A stretch of DNA of 64,000 nucleotides from Gnetum montanum (GCA_015680685.1 MNCI01000291.1:259853-323852); one strand, 5' to 3'; shown: positions 26,536-41,529, counted from the first letter of the stretch. Notes: generated by a model from the letters alone, not told the origin. Translations and numbers: made by a program.

Positions 26536-29500
26536 ATGAAATATGTTTTACATGTCAAGGAAATGAAAATTACAGTTCTTAATGATGAATGTTCTTATCT
26601 TAAGAAAGAAAACTCAAACCTTAAGGCTAAAATTCAAAGACTAACCAATGTGATTGAGCAGATGAATAAGAACTCTTTAGAGAGGCCTAAAGACCAAAAT
26701 AAAAAAGATGAATGTCTAAGAGATTCTATAGAAGGAAATTGATCTAGGTTTGATAAAGCATCAAAGCCTAGAATTTTAAATTTTTTCTTTTGTGGAAAAT
26801 CTAATCATATTCAAGCATATTACTATCTTAGGATGAAACAATGCACTTTGTCTTTCCAAAAGTAGTCTAGGCTAGGAACTCTATAGATTTGGAAACAAAA
26901 AGAGAGAAAGCCTAAAAATAACTTGATGGCTCAAGTAGCTCTCTCTAATGTGAAAAAAAGCATGTGGTATATTGATAGTAGATTTTTAAGGCACATGATA
27001 GGTAATACGACCTACTTTACCCACTTCACAAAACATAATTATAAAGCCATCCTATTTGGAGATGACATGGAGGCTCCAATAACAACTATTGCGATCATAA
27101 GGTAAAGAAATACCAACTATAAATAAGGTTTTCTTTGTTAAAGGCTTAAAAAATAATCTTCTTAGTGTTAGTCAACTTTGTGATTAAAATTTCAATGTTA
27201 TATTTTCTAAAGAAACTTGTAGAATACAAGACTTAACCACAGGAAACATTGTGACAGAAGGAACTAGAAAGGAAAATGTTTACACCAATGTATTTGGAAA
27301 CAATCCTAACCTAGAATCTAAGTGGTTAACTAGTTATACAAATGATACCCATATATGGAATAAGAAGCTAGGCCACATAAAAAAAGAAATTCTTCAAACT
27401 CTTGTAATAAAGAAAATGGTTCATGGACTATTCAAACTCAAATACTTTAATTTGAACACTTATAAAGCATCCCAGAAAAGAAAGAAAATAAGGGTAATAT
27501 TTGATAAGAAAAATTGTATGTCTAGATCTACTTCATATGGATGTGGTTGGTCCTTCTCAAACACTTAGTTTGGGAAAGAAAAGGTACTTTCAAACTATTG
27601 TTTATGATTACTCTCATGTTACTTGGGTTACATTTTTATATCACAAGGATGAGTTATTTGATCATTTCTTAAGAATTTGCAATCAGATTCATAGAGAAAA
27701 AGGCTATGGCATTAAAGTTATCAAGAGTGACAATGGAGGGGAATTCAAAAATGCCAATTTTAAAGAAATTTTCCAAACAAATGGCATGCTCCATTAATTT
27801 TCTACTACCAGAACTCTAAATAAAATGGTGTAGACAAAAGGAAAAATAGGATCTTAAATGAAATAGAAAGGACTATATTGAATAACTGAAATCTTCCCTA
27901 TCACTTTTGGGTTAAAGCAATCAACACTGCTTGCTATGTTGCCAACATAGTTCTAGTAAAAATATTTAGCTCCAAAAATCCTTATGAATTATGGACTGGT
28001 AGAAAACCTTTAGTAGGTTATTTTCATGTCTTCAGTTCAAAATGATATATTCTAAATGATAAAGATATCTAAAGAAAATTTGATCCTAAAACCGCTGAAG
28101 GCATTTTCTTAGGATATTCTTTAGTTAGTAGAGCTTATAAATTTTTTAATAAAAGGATAAATACTATAGAAGAAACTATAAAAGTTAATGATAATGAAAT
28201 TACTTCTCCACAACCTAATTATGAAGTTGTTCCCATTCAAACATTATCTAGTGCCACTCATGTTTGAAGTGAAAAAAATTCAAAAGTCAACAATGAACAT
28301 GAATAAAAGCAAGAAGATGAACTTGATGAGATATCTTCCATTCAACCCAAAATTCCTAGACTTAATAAAACACACTTTCTCAATGATGTTATTAAACAAG
28401 TACAAGATGATATTCATACTAGAAGCCAAACTAAAGAAATTTGTGCATTTACAAATTGAACCCAAAAACTTTGAAGAAGCTAAAGCAAAAGGATGGATTT
28501 ATACTATGCAAGATGAGCTAAATCAATTTAATATGAACAATGTCTAGGAATTGACACCTAGAGCAGATCATAAACCAATTATTAAAACAAAATGGGTCTT
28601 TAGGAACAAAACTGATGAAATTGAAAATATCATTAAAAATAAAGCTAGATTAGTTGCCAAAGAATACAATCAATAAGAAGGTATTTATTTTCATGAAAAA
28701 TTTTCTATTTTTGCTAGAATAGAATCTATTAGAATTCTTTTGACATACACTAGTATTAAAAATATCAAACTATATCAAATGGATATAAAAAGTGCCTTCC
28801 TAAATGGAAGCATATAAGAAGAAGTTTACGTTGAACAACTTGGAGGCTTTATAGATCCCATCAAACCTAATCATGTTTACAAGCTTAAGAAGACTCTATA
28901 TGGAATTAAACAAGCTCCTAGAGCCTAGTATGAAAGACTTTCTCAACATCTTACATCAAATGGTTTTGAAAGAGGTAAGGTTGATGTTACTTTATTTCTC
29001 AAAAGAGAAGGTAGTGATCTACTTATAGTTCAAATTTATGTTGATGATATTATTTTTGATGATACTAATGAAACTATTTTTAATAATTTCTTAGATCTTA
29101 TGCAATATAAATTTGAAATAAGCACGATGGAAGAACTCAAAAACTTCCATGGATTTCAAATCAATCAAACTATAGATGGAACCTTCATTTGTCAAACCAA
29201 ATATGTCAAATATCTTCTACTCAAATTCAACCTAGTCGATGTTAAGGTAAAAAACACTCCTATAATTGAAAATTTTAAACTTATTAAAGATGATCAAGAA
29301 AAGCATGTTGATCAAAAGCTTTATAGAGGCATGATAGGTAGTCTACTTTATTTAACTACTAGTAAACCAAACATAACATTAAGTGTAGGGAATGTGTGCT
29401 AGATATTAGGCTACCCAAAAAAATCTCACTGAAAGGTAGTTAAACAAATTTTTTATTGTTAAAAGGGTACTACCAACTGGGGCATTTGGTATCCAAAGGA

Positions 29501-29990
29501 TTTGCCATTTGATCTTGTTGGATATTGTGATGCAAAGTGGGTAGGTTATTCAGATGACCATTGAAGCATAAGTGGAAATTTCTTTTTTCTAGGAAGAAGT
29601 CTTGTCTCTTGGACAACCAAAAAGCAAACTTCTACCACACTTTCTATAGCAAAAGCTAAATACATCTAAGCTAGGAGCTATTGCACTCAACTCCTATGGA
29701 TGAAACAAATGCTTAAAGACTTAGGGATAAAAACTTAATCTACATTTATCTATTGTGACAAAAATAGTGTCATCAACATGATAAAAAATCAAATTCAACA
29801 CTCACGTACCAGGCACTTTGAGATTCAACATCACTTTATACAAGAACACACTTAATGTGGGCACATAAAACTAGAATTTATTAGAACTGAGAATCAACTT
29901 GTAGATGCATTTACCAAGTCCCTTGATGAGAGAAGATTGACTACTCTCTATAAAGAAATGGGAACAATACCATGTCCTATCAAGTAATTT
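26536..29990 (+). pseudogene. pol: Copia gag remnant and pol pseudogene
   Basis: PR: WYIDSRFLRHMIG. INT: LLHMDVVGP, IKSDNGGEF. RT: IEPKNFEEA, KARLVAK, IVQIYVDDIIF, YRGMIGSLLYLT. RH: GYCDA, IYCD, TENQLVDAFTKSL. Many stops and frameshifts. Confidence 0.93.
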
Positions 29991-30435
29991 TTTTATATTT
30001 TATTCTCAATAAAACATTTTTTAGCTCTTACATGCTCAAAAAAAAATACAAGACAAAACAAAATTCTTTTACTCTTGCAATTTTCTAGGGGCAATTATTT
30101 CCATCCTTTGTAATGATGTCCAAAAAGAGGAAGAATTTGGTATCACTTTTGATATTAGTGGCAATTATTTCATTTGAGATGTGGTCATACTAAGAATTGG
30201 ATATATAGATCAAATTGATTATGTTGTTATGAACATCATTTATGATTATGTGACTATGATGTGATGATGTAAAATGACTTGAATAACTATGATTCATGGA
30301 ATAAGTGCACTATCGAGATCTAGTGGATATATTTAAACTAGTGTCATGAGCAATATTTCAATTATATGTCTTAATGATTTATAAAGAATAATAACCCATT
30401 TTCTTAAGTTTAGGACATCACCAAAAGGGGGAGAT

Positions 30436-31555
30436 TTTTGAACTTTTGGTATGCAAAAACCTTAAGAAAAATGGAGAATATAGAATGTTTGTCGTGAATG
30501 ATATATTTACAGGTCATGAACAAAAACTCCACATCATGAATAAGGACTCAAGGGAATGAAATCTATAAAAGGTTGTCAAATGGAGATTTCATAGGCAAGA
30601 TGAGAGCATGGACACAAACAAAAGCTACAAACTAAACAAAGATGCTCCAAGGATAAGGAAGAAGCCAAATCAATGAAAGAAAGCCTCAAAAACTGGAGCT
30701 CAAAATTTAAGGAGACGTCTCCAATAAATAGTAAATGTCTCAACTAAGAAGAATGAATTCACTAGAAGACATCTTAAAGAAACATGAGACATCCCCATTG
30801 TAAATAATATGCCTCACAAGATACATACAATTCTCCAAGGATACATATCTCTAGAATTGAGGCTAAACTCAGGTAGACGTCCCAACTTCTGAGACATCTA
30901 CACTAGTCATTAAATGAATTTTGAGGTATTTTCAATAACTCTAAAGCTATAAGAAGACTCAAGATTCTTTGGAATTATGCAAGTATTGTCAACATAAAAA
31001 TTATCATTGTCTATTCTATGTTGTTGTACTTGTGTGCTTCATTTGTCACATCATTTTCCTGATTGGTTGTAGAACTATGCTTCAAAGTATAAGGATCTAT
31101 AATTTGATTTACACTCATTCCTTGTTTTTATTTCTCTTTCTTTGCTGCCCTAAGGGGTTGATGTGGTTCTTGCAAGAAGGCATCCATTTTGATCTTGTTA
31201 GGATCCTATGGGATTGAGTTGTTTTGTTGAATCAAAACATTCCAAAGCTAAGCTCTATCTTGTATAGGTTGTGGGATCCTATAAACCAAATTTTGATTTT
31301 TTTGGGATCTTGTGAGGTTGAGAGATTTTGCAATGATGAAACTCTTCTTAGTAGAGCTCAAATCTTGTAAAGGTTGTGGTGAACTTGAAATTGCATTTTG
31401 GAAGAAACAAAGTTTGGAGGTATGCAAGAAATCTACCCTCTTAGTGTGGACTACCCAAGTTGGGAAACTATGTAATTTCTATGTGTTTTTGTGTGATAGG
31501 TTTGATTATAAATTGGGAAACTTATTCAACCCCCCTTCTAAGTTCTTCATCCTCA
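30436..31555 (+). repeat. Copia 3' LTR
   Basis: It follows PPT 30423-30434 and is a direct repeat of the 5' LTR. It retains the perfect palindrome GGAGACGTCTCC at 30711. Confidence 0.9.
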
Positions 31556-34410
31556 ATATCAACATCAATAATCATATGCTTCCCCTAGACTAAGCCATAT
31601 GAATACAAGGGTCACTACTTGTCTAGATGGGAAGATCGCAACGTATGTCCACCTAATAAAGCTAAATGTTATTACTAGTTTATCCACTAATTATGACATA
31701 GTCCACTATAATACTTATAGAATTTATATTTGAGAGTTTGGCATGCTTGCTACTCATTAATATGCTTCAATAAATTAGCTCATGATGAATTTCTTTTAAT
31801 AAAAGAGATTGTACTATTTATCTATATTGTACACTAGTTGGAACAAATTGGAAGTTACTATAATTTTATCTTAAAAAATTCATAATAGATGGATTACATG
31901 GAATGAGGCTTCTAGCTTCTATGCTCTAAATAGGATGAGAAGAAAAACTTCTAAAATTTATTTATAATCTTGATAATTTATTTGAAATTGATAATAGTTT
32001 GAATCAAGCCTTTCTAGATAGTTTTTAAAAGAATGAAAGCTTTATTTTTCTTTGTAACTTCAAAATTACATATAAGATAATTATCAAGATTAATCTTATT
32101 CATAACAAATTTAATAGGTCATAAAGGATGAAATTATCATCATAATTTTGAAGGAGAAAAATTAGCCATATTATGAAAGTTCCTAATTATATAAAAATTT
32201 AAATTTTTTATGTATAATATATCAAGATCTTCTTAGTGCTTTTCTTTAACATATGGGAATTATTTATCCTTGATGTCCTCTTTGTGCCAATGAAGGTTTC
32301 TTTTCACATGCTTTTATCTCTAATTTCATAACATGATATGAAATGGACATTTAGAATTTGCAATAACTTTAAACCAAAATTATATCATTCTTAATAATCA
32401 AGATGTTTTGTCTACCATCTTTTTCTATATTTGTAAATGTCCACTACTTGTTCTTTATTCTATTTTAAAAATACATTTTAGAGTTATTTTTTAGTAGCAA
32501 GAATATAATTATGATGTTTCATCAAAAATTAAACATAAAATTCTTAAATATGTTTCATTTTACTTACAACTTCAAGTGGAACAACATCTAGTAAAATTTG
32601 AACAATTAATTCATCTCTTACATCATTTTATTTTGATAAACTGAAGCTAGAAAGTTATCACTATTTGTTACAATTTGTATTTTATTTCTAATTATTGCAT
32701 TCATTTTGAGGAAGGGGGTTGTTTTTTTTTCTAATTATTATATGATTTTTTTCAAGGGAACATATAGCCAACAATAACTATCACAATCCTTTTATTAAAT
32801 ATAACAATGTCTCAAATCAACACACAAATTAGAATCAAGCCTATGATATGCAAATCACAAAAGTAGTGTGTCAAATTATCACACCAAATAGAATCAAACT
32901 TATGACTTGCAAATCAAAAAGGCAATTCCTAACTAACACAACTAGACTATCATGATTAACTCTTTTTTTAATGGAAAAACTCAAAAAGTAGAGTATATTA
33001 ACAAGGAAAAAACATGATTACATCAAAACATAGAGTAGTGGAAGAGGCATAAGTTCCAAGGCTAGAGAAACATAACCTCAAGATCATGAAAATGCTTAAA
33101 ACAAAATCATGCTACCAAATAGGTTAACTATAAAGCATGCAAAGATGCAACAAAAGAAAGGAGACCACAAAGAAACAACAACCATCTACCATAGAAAATA
33201 TAGATGAGGTGGCATTATGGTGATGCTAATAGAGGGCTAGGGTACTATTGTCTTGCTCGAAGAAGATTGCAGTCTAGTTGAACACCTATGGATTAAGCAT
33301 ATTGCCAATCCACAAGGGGATAGATTATAGCTTCTAATACTTATGATCATCTAAAAAGTATTTGGAATGCATGAGCACACTTGGCTAGTCATCCAAGAAA
33401 GTTAAACTCATGATGATGCTAGTGGGTTGGCCTAGTCAGTAAAACCTAAAGGATTTGGAAGAGTCATAAAAAATCCATAGCTATTTTACACAAGCATTAG
33501 CACAAGAACACTAAGTGACCTATGTATAGGTAGTATCCTTGATAAAATAATTAAGGATGGGCATGTAGTAGTAATAAGAACAACAACCTACCTTTTAATC
33601 AATGTAATTGCCATCCTCAACATGTCCTATGAGTCATAGGAGTTGTGTGGTTAGGTTTTGGAGTTGACTTAGGATTAACTATGTATGTTTTCTTCTCTAG
33701 GCAAGCAACTGTGGACTAATTGTGAATCATAGTTAGTCATAGTCTACTACAATTTGTGGTAAATGTCAAAAATTATAATTTCTAAGATTTCGCAATGAGT
33801 TGCAAATCCTTACAAGTCATAGTGAATTTTTAATTTGAAGTTGTTTGCTACAATTAGTCATAATTAACAAAGAAAACAAAAGAAGAAAATATTTAAGATT
33901 TAGAAGTATAGTAAAGTATGAATCATAGTTTGATCACAGTCTAGCAATTGCAAGGTGGCTACAAACAGTAGTCACTCATGGTTTTTAAAAACTTGATTTT
34001 TTTAAGAAAATCACAAGTTTTAATGGAAATATCAATAATTAAGAAATCCCAAGGATTATTCCTAATGCTATAAAAGAATGAAAGTGGCCCAAATAAGTGT
34101 GCAAGAGTGCTAACAGTGCTAATAATCATAAATATCTTGATAGAGTAAGTGAGTGCTCTTCTTGAGTGTTGTGTGAGGGTGATCATGCTCTTGATGACTC
34201 TCCTTGTATTATAAAAATGGAGGGTTTGATTGATTAATTGTCTATTATTGGGACTATGTTGCTTCTTGTGTACATTTGTTTCCATTTTTTGAGCAAGAAT
34301 AAAGTTTCTTCTTCTTTTCTTCTTTAATTAGTTCCTATTTTGAATCCTTAAGATTTGAGAGAGCTTGGATTATAGAATCCAAGGGAGCTATTTTCATCTA
34401 CTTAGTAGCT

Positions 34411-34422
34411 TAGTATCAAAGC
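34411..34422 (+). promoter_or_regulatory. Probable decayed tRNA-Met PBS of an older gypsy element that hosts 34520-58327
   Basis: TAGTATCAAAGC follows an LTR-like stretch. Protease/RT-leader remnants continue on + after 58327. Confidence 0.4.
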
Positions 34423-34519
34423 ATTTAGTTTGAAAGATAATTCAATTCAAGTGAACAATCTTCAATTCAATACTAGGAAAGATTATTGATAAAATTATAT
34501 TAAATAAGGTTTTTCATTC

Positions 34520-35627
34520 TAAGTCTAGAGCAGGTTTACTCCATAATTAAATCACCTTCAACACACTAAATCCAGATATTATGCAAAGACAAAACTTTTT
34601 GTTGGAAAATAAGAAAACTAGCTATCTTTAATTAATTTATTAGAATATTACAACAGGGTTCATAAAACCCACAACATCCAAAACCTATCACACTCAACCA
34701 ATATAGCAAAGCATGAGGCTTTACAACCACACAATCACTATTCTCAATGCAAGACACAACCAATAAAGAATCTCCCTCATAACCCAAGATTAAGATCTTT
34801 TTTAAACAAGTGAGAGACAAGGAAATGGAACATATAGACAAACACACCATAAGCTACTCTTGGAGTTGTAGTCACAAATTCCACTCATCCAATGTGCTTA
34901 TTGACTCTCTCTTGCTTAGCTCTCCACTCTCAAGATCCTTTTCTCTCACTTCTCTTCCTCAATAATGATGAATACATCAATATTTATGTTTAAACTAGAA
35001 GATAAGAACCCTAGAATACTTTCCTCAACTCATGCTAAGGTTTTCTAGATGTTTTTCAAATATTCTCATCTTCTCCCTAGTTGTTTCCATCTTTTTTCAT
35101 CATGTTCCAAGTATTTCCCAAATTGGGATGGACATTTTCAAAAGTTTTCCCATCCTTCTGGGTCATCTCTAATATCACTAAAACATCTCCTAACAAAACC
35201 TAGCTCTCAGCTAAGATGTCCACTATTTTTCTAGACCATCCCATTTGGTCCTAGAACATCTTAGATTTTGGGGGATGTCTCACTTGAGATGTCGTAAGCA
35301 TAGTTGGGACATCTTAGTTGGGATGTCCCAATTTCTAGTTGAGCATTCCACCTACTAGGACCAAATACAAAAATGCTTGTTTTGATGTCTAAAATCTCTA
35401 AATGCCTCCAAATAAGTTCCCATAAATTCTAGAACCTCCTAAACTCATCAAAATGGGCTTAGAACACCTTGAAACATCCAAAAGACCTAGTAATCATCAT
35501 CAATAAAAGTCAACACAATAATATACACACTATCAAGACACACTCATCCATGTCTTCTTCAAGCTTGAAACCTACAAAAACAACTTGTAGGATAAAGCAC
35601 AAAGAACTTGAAAGAGGTGTTCCTATA
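34520..35627 (-). repeat. 3' LTR of the CRM-like element
   Basis: It is a direct repeat of 57220-58327 (ACTCCATAATTAAATCACCTTCAA ... GGTGTTCCTA) and is adjacent to the PPT. Confidence 0.88.
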
Positions 35628-35876
35628 CTAGGTCTCCCACCCTTTAAAAAGTGGACTTAGGTGAACAAGGAAATAGGGGTAGAACTGATACTCCACTCAA
35701 TATGTTTAGTTTCATAGATCCATATAGCATCATTAGTTGGTTGATCCTTCCAATGGATCAAATATTCATGCCTATTAACTCCCTGAGTACTAGAAGATTT
35801 CCTTTACTTATGTACAATTACCTTCCTCTTCATTGAAGTCTTGCACTAATCAATAGCCCCTTTCAATTCATTGATG

Positions 35877-38713
35877 CTACCTTTGTATGGTCTCCTCATC
35901 AACTAGTCCATGATAATGCACAAGATCTGAAATTTTAAACATAAAATACATACCAACATCATTTGGTAAGTCAATCTCAAAAGGATTATTGTTAATCTTA
36001 GCCTTAATTTTGAAAGGCCCCATCTTCTTGGCTTTCAATTTAGAGAAGTTAACACCTCTTGACTGCTTCTTCTTCAAGTGCACAAATTAAATTACCAAGA
36101 GTAAAATTTGGCTTCTGTTTTCCCTCATTCCTCTTAAGGACCATCTCGTTAGCCTTCTTCTCAAGATTTAATTTTACTTATGCATGGAAATTACTCATCT
36201 CTTATACAAAATCAACACTAAGTTGAGCTTCACTATTAAAACTCTTCAAAGTATCCACCATCTTTGAACAAAACTCATAATTCACCTCAAATGGGCTTTT
36301 ATGAATAGCAACATGAAACACCTTATCACATGTAAACTCAACATTCTCCTTCTTGATGTTGAAAATTCTCTTACTCATCCTTCCTCCATCATCAAAACCA
36401 CAATGTATATTACCTTCATGTTTTAGATCCATTTCATAGCCAAGACAATCAATTTCATCACTATCAATGTTCACATCAACATCAATAATGATCTTCTAAT
36501 AATGACTACTACCATAGCCATAATCATCAAGAAAAATTCAATTATTAGTCTTACTCTTACCAAAAATGGCATCAAAAGTTACATTGCTTTCATCATGCAC
36601 AACATAACTCAAAAATTCATCATAATCATCACAATGATCATGATGCTAATCATCATAATAAAACAAACGACTATCAAGGTAAAATGAAAAACTAGAATCC
36701 AACACACTAGTTTCCTCATAAGAGGCATTACTATCATCTACAAGGTAAATCTTAGAATCACTTACCTTTTCATGGCTTCTCCTTCCCATCTTTGGTTCAA
36801 CTTGATCTTCAACATGTGGTAGTTCAATCTCATCAAAGCTTAAAGCTTTAAGATTCCACATAGGAGTCTCTAAATCCCTTAGTTTCCCCTCTTCAAAGGA
36901 ATCATCAAAAACTTCTACAATCCACTTTGAAGGTACCAACTCAGAAGGTAACATCTCCTCCATGGCTTGAAAATCAAATTCCTTACCAAAGCAATCATTC
37001 TTTCAGACACCTTAGCTAGAAGACTCACATGTTTTCCATGAGATAGTCTCAACTTGGGAAAGAATCTTTTTTCCCTTGCCACAAGGTATAGAACAATTGC
37101 ATAAAGAATGAGTATCATACCCTCTAGTGATGCTATTGATCCTTCTTAAAGTAGTCCCTTGATCGTTGCCACTCTATTAGCCTTGATCCACCACCTCCCA
37201 TCACTTATGAGGTAGGAACTCTCCTTCATCAATAGCATATACCATCTTGGACCTAGTAGATTTCTTAGTCTCTTTGATGAAGCAATTATTTTCCTTTCTT
37301 GAAACCTTTGAGTATTGAGCACTTTCTTGCTTCATAAGAGATGCTTGAGAATTCCTTTTCTCATTGATCTCTAATTCATTAGACCTTTCATCTTCCTTCT
37401 TGAGCATAGTGGAAAATTTCTTCTTTAAGTCTAGCACACTTGTAGGAAGTTCAACCTATCCATCATCATGGTTAATAGAAACTATTGTCATAACAACAAA
37501 ACCAAAACCAATTTCATCATGTTTCTTAATATATTCCCTCTCTTCTAGGAGGATGAAGTAATCATTAAGTGAGCTTTTTTCCTCACTTGTTCAACTATCA
37601 TGTGAATTAAATCATGGATTTCATCAAGTCTAGTAACACTCCATGCATTTCTTGCTTCATCAAACTAACCACCATTGTTAAAATTCAAAGGTCTACCAAG
37701 AATTACATGAGCACAATATATTGGAATCACATCACATTTTAAAACATCATGAAAACTTCCAATTTTAAATTTCAAAGTATATTATTCTGTTACCCCTTTA
37801 GAAAAAGTTTTAGATAACCAATGCACCTTATAGGATCTCAAATGAAGATTAGTTACCAAACCCAATCTAGAAACTACCCTAAAAGAAATAACTTATTCTT
37901 GGGATCCCCCATCAATCAAAACATGAATCCATTTTCTAGTAAGTAGATAACTAGTTCCAATCCAAAACAAAAATTTCCTATCATGATGATCTCCTCTATT
38001 TACATTTCTCATGAATGCACAAGAATTTAATTCAAAAACATCCTCAATTTTTAGAGCATTAGGATTATCTCTCTAAAGCACTTGGCTTGATGTCTCTTCT
38101 ACCTCCATGATATGCACATATTTTTCCTTAGCTATCTTATGAAGTGAATGCTCACATTACTTAAGTCCCCATTCTTTACATTTGAAGCACTATAGTTTTG
38201 ATGAGCTACTACATTTACCTTTGCTTTTTTTTCCTTGGCCCTTCTTAGCTTTTCCTTTCTATCATCTCTTTCAGTATTCTTGTCTTGACTATCCTCTTCT
38301 CTTAAGATTTAGACATGGATCCCTTATCAAATCTAGATTCCTTCTTCTTTCCCTTGGAAGTTTGTTTGCTTCTCTTTCTAAATCCTCCTAATTTCTTCTT
38401 AGCCTTGAGTGCCAATCATAAGCCTCATCAAGAGTTTGTGGTTCATAAAAGGATAACTCTTGCTAGTATATCATTTTGAGACCTTTTAAAATGATTGAAA
38501 CTTGCTCATAATCCTTCCAGTTTACCTTAGCTTAATGGAATAGATCACAAAATTCAATATAGAATTCTTTAACATCCTTGTTACCTTGCTTTAGGAATTT
38601 CAACTTCATAATGGTTTCTTGTCTCTAACAAGATTGTTCATATTTTCTTTTCAACCTGTATTTCATTATATCCCAATCTTTGATAGGTTGAACATTTTAT
38701 CTTTCATAATCCT
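35877..38713 (-). pseudogene. CRM-like gag C-terminal half, protease, acidic linker and integrase tail; RT/RH/INT core missing
   Basis: gag: LKQGNKDVKEFY and knuckle CFKCKEWG. PR: VLIDGGSQ..LKCDVIPIYCAHVILGRP. INT tail: KSPFEVNY and SKLKAKKMGPFKIKAKINNNPFEIDLP. Confidence 0.85.
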
Positions 38714-40396
38714 TGTAACGACCGAAGATGTTGGTTGCTAGAACCATTGAGGGGTCAATGGATGCACAAGCTAACCCTGTTTCTGCATAAGGGCCTATTG
38801 GATGTAAAGATGGGATGCCCAGAATATTCTTGTTGATAAAATAGGGACTTAATGAATGTGATGCCAAACAATGCTAAGAGTTTACACAATGTTCACAGTG
38901 TTAATGGTGTTGACAGTGTTAGTGTGTCGATGATGTAAATAGTGTTAAAGATGTAGAGCATAGTCATAGGGGCCCAAGGGGGCAAGTGTAGTCAAGGGTT
39001 TTAGTGAAAATGAGAATGTCGACATGTAGAGACTACCACCCAAGCATAGTTGTAATGTGACCATGCATTAAAAATGTGAAAAATGCAAAGAAAACATGAA
39101 AAATGAAGGAGAGAGAAATAGAACACCAACCCAAATGGGGTTAAGCATAGTTAACTCCAAAAGCGGTTTAGAAGATACATGGTTTCCAAAAAGCATAGTG
39201 GAGAGTGTAGTCACAGTCTCAGTGATGTTTGGCCATGAATTCTAGCACTTGCCATGGTGTCTGTGCCTATTGGGTTAGCTACCATAGTGTACCATGGGTT
39301 GTGGTTTCCTACAAGGCTATGGTGGGGCTGCAATGGACCATGGTATGCAACTTTGCCTCTCTCTGATTTGCTAGCATGCCTTTGGATCTCATTCGCCCAA
39401 AATACCAAATGTCGAGCTGTTGTGCCTTTGGGTTTCTTTTACCCAAAATGAGAAATGCAAATGAAAATGCCCACCAACTGAAATGCCAATCAAGTGCAAA
39501 AAATTCCAACCCAAAATACCCACCCCTAAAATGTAGATGATGGGGGTATTTAATGGGTTAGGATTGCTAGAAAATGAAGAGACTAACACGTCATAGTGTA
39601 GAGAGACTAACATGTCATAGTGGGGTAGTTGGGACTACATTGTATCCCAACTACACTCTCCACTATGGGAAGTGGTGTTATGCTATGTGATGTTCTAAAA
39701 AACTCTACGAGACTATGAGACTGTGATTATGCTACCAACTACATGTGAGTATGTCGAGAAGACTAAAATGTAATTGAAAAATGCAAAAAATGCAACTTTT
39801 GAAGACTATGATCCAAGATTACACTCTCTACTATCAGGAGTGGGGTAGAGCATAATTACACTTTTGGGATAAAGGGAGATGCAAAAAAGATGCATGTTTC
39901 TTGTCAAAGGCATGTTGGAGCTAAGGTGAATGCCAGTGCTACATTGTGGAGGCCTTTGGAGGCTATTCTGCATGACTACGCTTGACTACAATTTGGATTG
40001 GGGGAGACCATAGTCCTAGACTTAGAAACATTTTTGTAAAATCTGGATTCTAGTTGACTATGCTTGACTATGCTCCAAGACAATGGAAGGCATAGTCTCA
40101 ATAGTCAAAAAAAATTGCAAAAATAAATCCTTGATGTTTATGCTTGACTACACTCTAATCTAGTGGAAAGCGTAGTCTTGATAGTTAGAAAAATCTATAA
40201 TTGCTATCTTGACACTTAGAAAAATATGCAAAATTGGTTGTTTGTGTTAACTACATTCTCTACTAAGCTGACTATGCTCTAGTTCAATAAAGAGCATAGT
40301 CTCAACACTTAGAAAAATATGTAGAAAGTGGCATTGTTTTGACACTTAGGAAAATTTGTAGTTGAGATTCAGCAACCCAAATTTGGTGGTGTTTCA
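38714..40396 (-). repeat. 3' LTR of element A
   Basis: It is a direct repeat of 46201-47700 and is rich in GACTACACTCT / GAGAGCATAGTC inverted motifs. Confidence 0.9.
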
Positions 40397-41529
40397 TTGG
40401 CCCCTATTTATTAATGTCTAGAGGAGTGACCTAAGAGATGTTGACAAAGAACTACAAAAAACCATAGCAAGATTGGCACCAACATGTCTCTTCCATGCAT
40501 GGTCAAATGTTGTAGCACCATGCTCAAGAGTGTTGTGGATAGTGGTATGCTAAAAGTTCAAGGTGTAGGTAATTTGCTAGGGATAAAGGGGAGATAAAAT
40601 GCAAATAGGGATGTCATGATGCAAGATGTAGAGTTAGCATGACTTATGATGATCATGGCACCAAGGTGGCTTTCCCCTAAAAATGTTGACCTCTCATCGA
40701 AGTGCTCATGAGAGACTAGTGTGGATTCAAGGCTTGGTGCAGTTGCAAAATTACATTATGCTTACTTAGGGATGTGCTTTTCCCCATTCTCTTTTTTTTC
40801 TTATTTTTTTTCTTTTTTCTTACTTTTTGCTTTGCTTGTTTTTTGCTATGCGGTGAACCTATGTTTGGTTCTACACATTGCCAAACACTAGCTACAAGAT
40901 GCCTTCCATTAGGTGGACTATGTACCACCTAATGGGCTTTTCTTTGATGCAACCACATCCAATATATAGCATTGGTGTTTCCTTCCTAGGATGAGTTGTG
41001 TTACATCTACTTGGGCTTTGACCAGTCAATAGAGGCTCTCTATGAAATGACTTGTGTTACATCCACCTTGGGTTCTATGATTTGATTTGTAGAGAGTGCC
41101 ATATGCATCAAAGGGATTTGCAAGTGTTGCTATGTAGGGAATGGAAAAGTATTGGGGTATAGGATTGTATGTGTGTAGGCTATAACTAGACGAGGGGGAC
41201 GTGCACTCTTGAGAGGCTTAACTAGTCCAATCATGCACATTGGAGCAATGTGCTAGCTTGCTGCTACGATGAGATACGCCTCTACATGACTACCCAAGGA
41301 CTTCATCCTATAAACACAACTCCAAGAAGATAAGAAAACCACAAACATGAAATAAAAATTAAAGTGCAAAGGGCAAAGATGCTACAAATTCTCCAAAGGT
41401 TGAATCAATTACAAGTATTTGAAAGGCTAGTAAAAGTGTTAAGCATAATGATGCTACAAGTGCTCCAAAGGCTGTACTAATGGAAACTGCTCCAAAAATT
41501 AGCAAAATGCTAATTTAAGGTCCTAGCAA

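Larger units (their letters stand above)
25086..31555 (+). mobile_element. SIRE-type Ty1/copia element with both LTRs, gag largely deleted
   Basis: LTRs lie at 25086-26220 and 30436-31555, with PBS TGGTATCAAAGC at 26223 and PPT AAAAGGGGGAGA before the 3' LTR. The LTR end carries ATTCAACCCCCCTTCTA. Domain order is PR-INT-RT-RH. The decayed TSD is ATGCC/ATATC. Confidence 0.92.

Noticed and set aside
31556-33950. AT-rich interval as a possible host gene or DNA transposon (also 23950-25085)
   Set aside because: I could not recognise any convincing ORF, exon chain, TIR or TSD.
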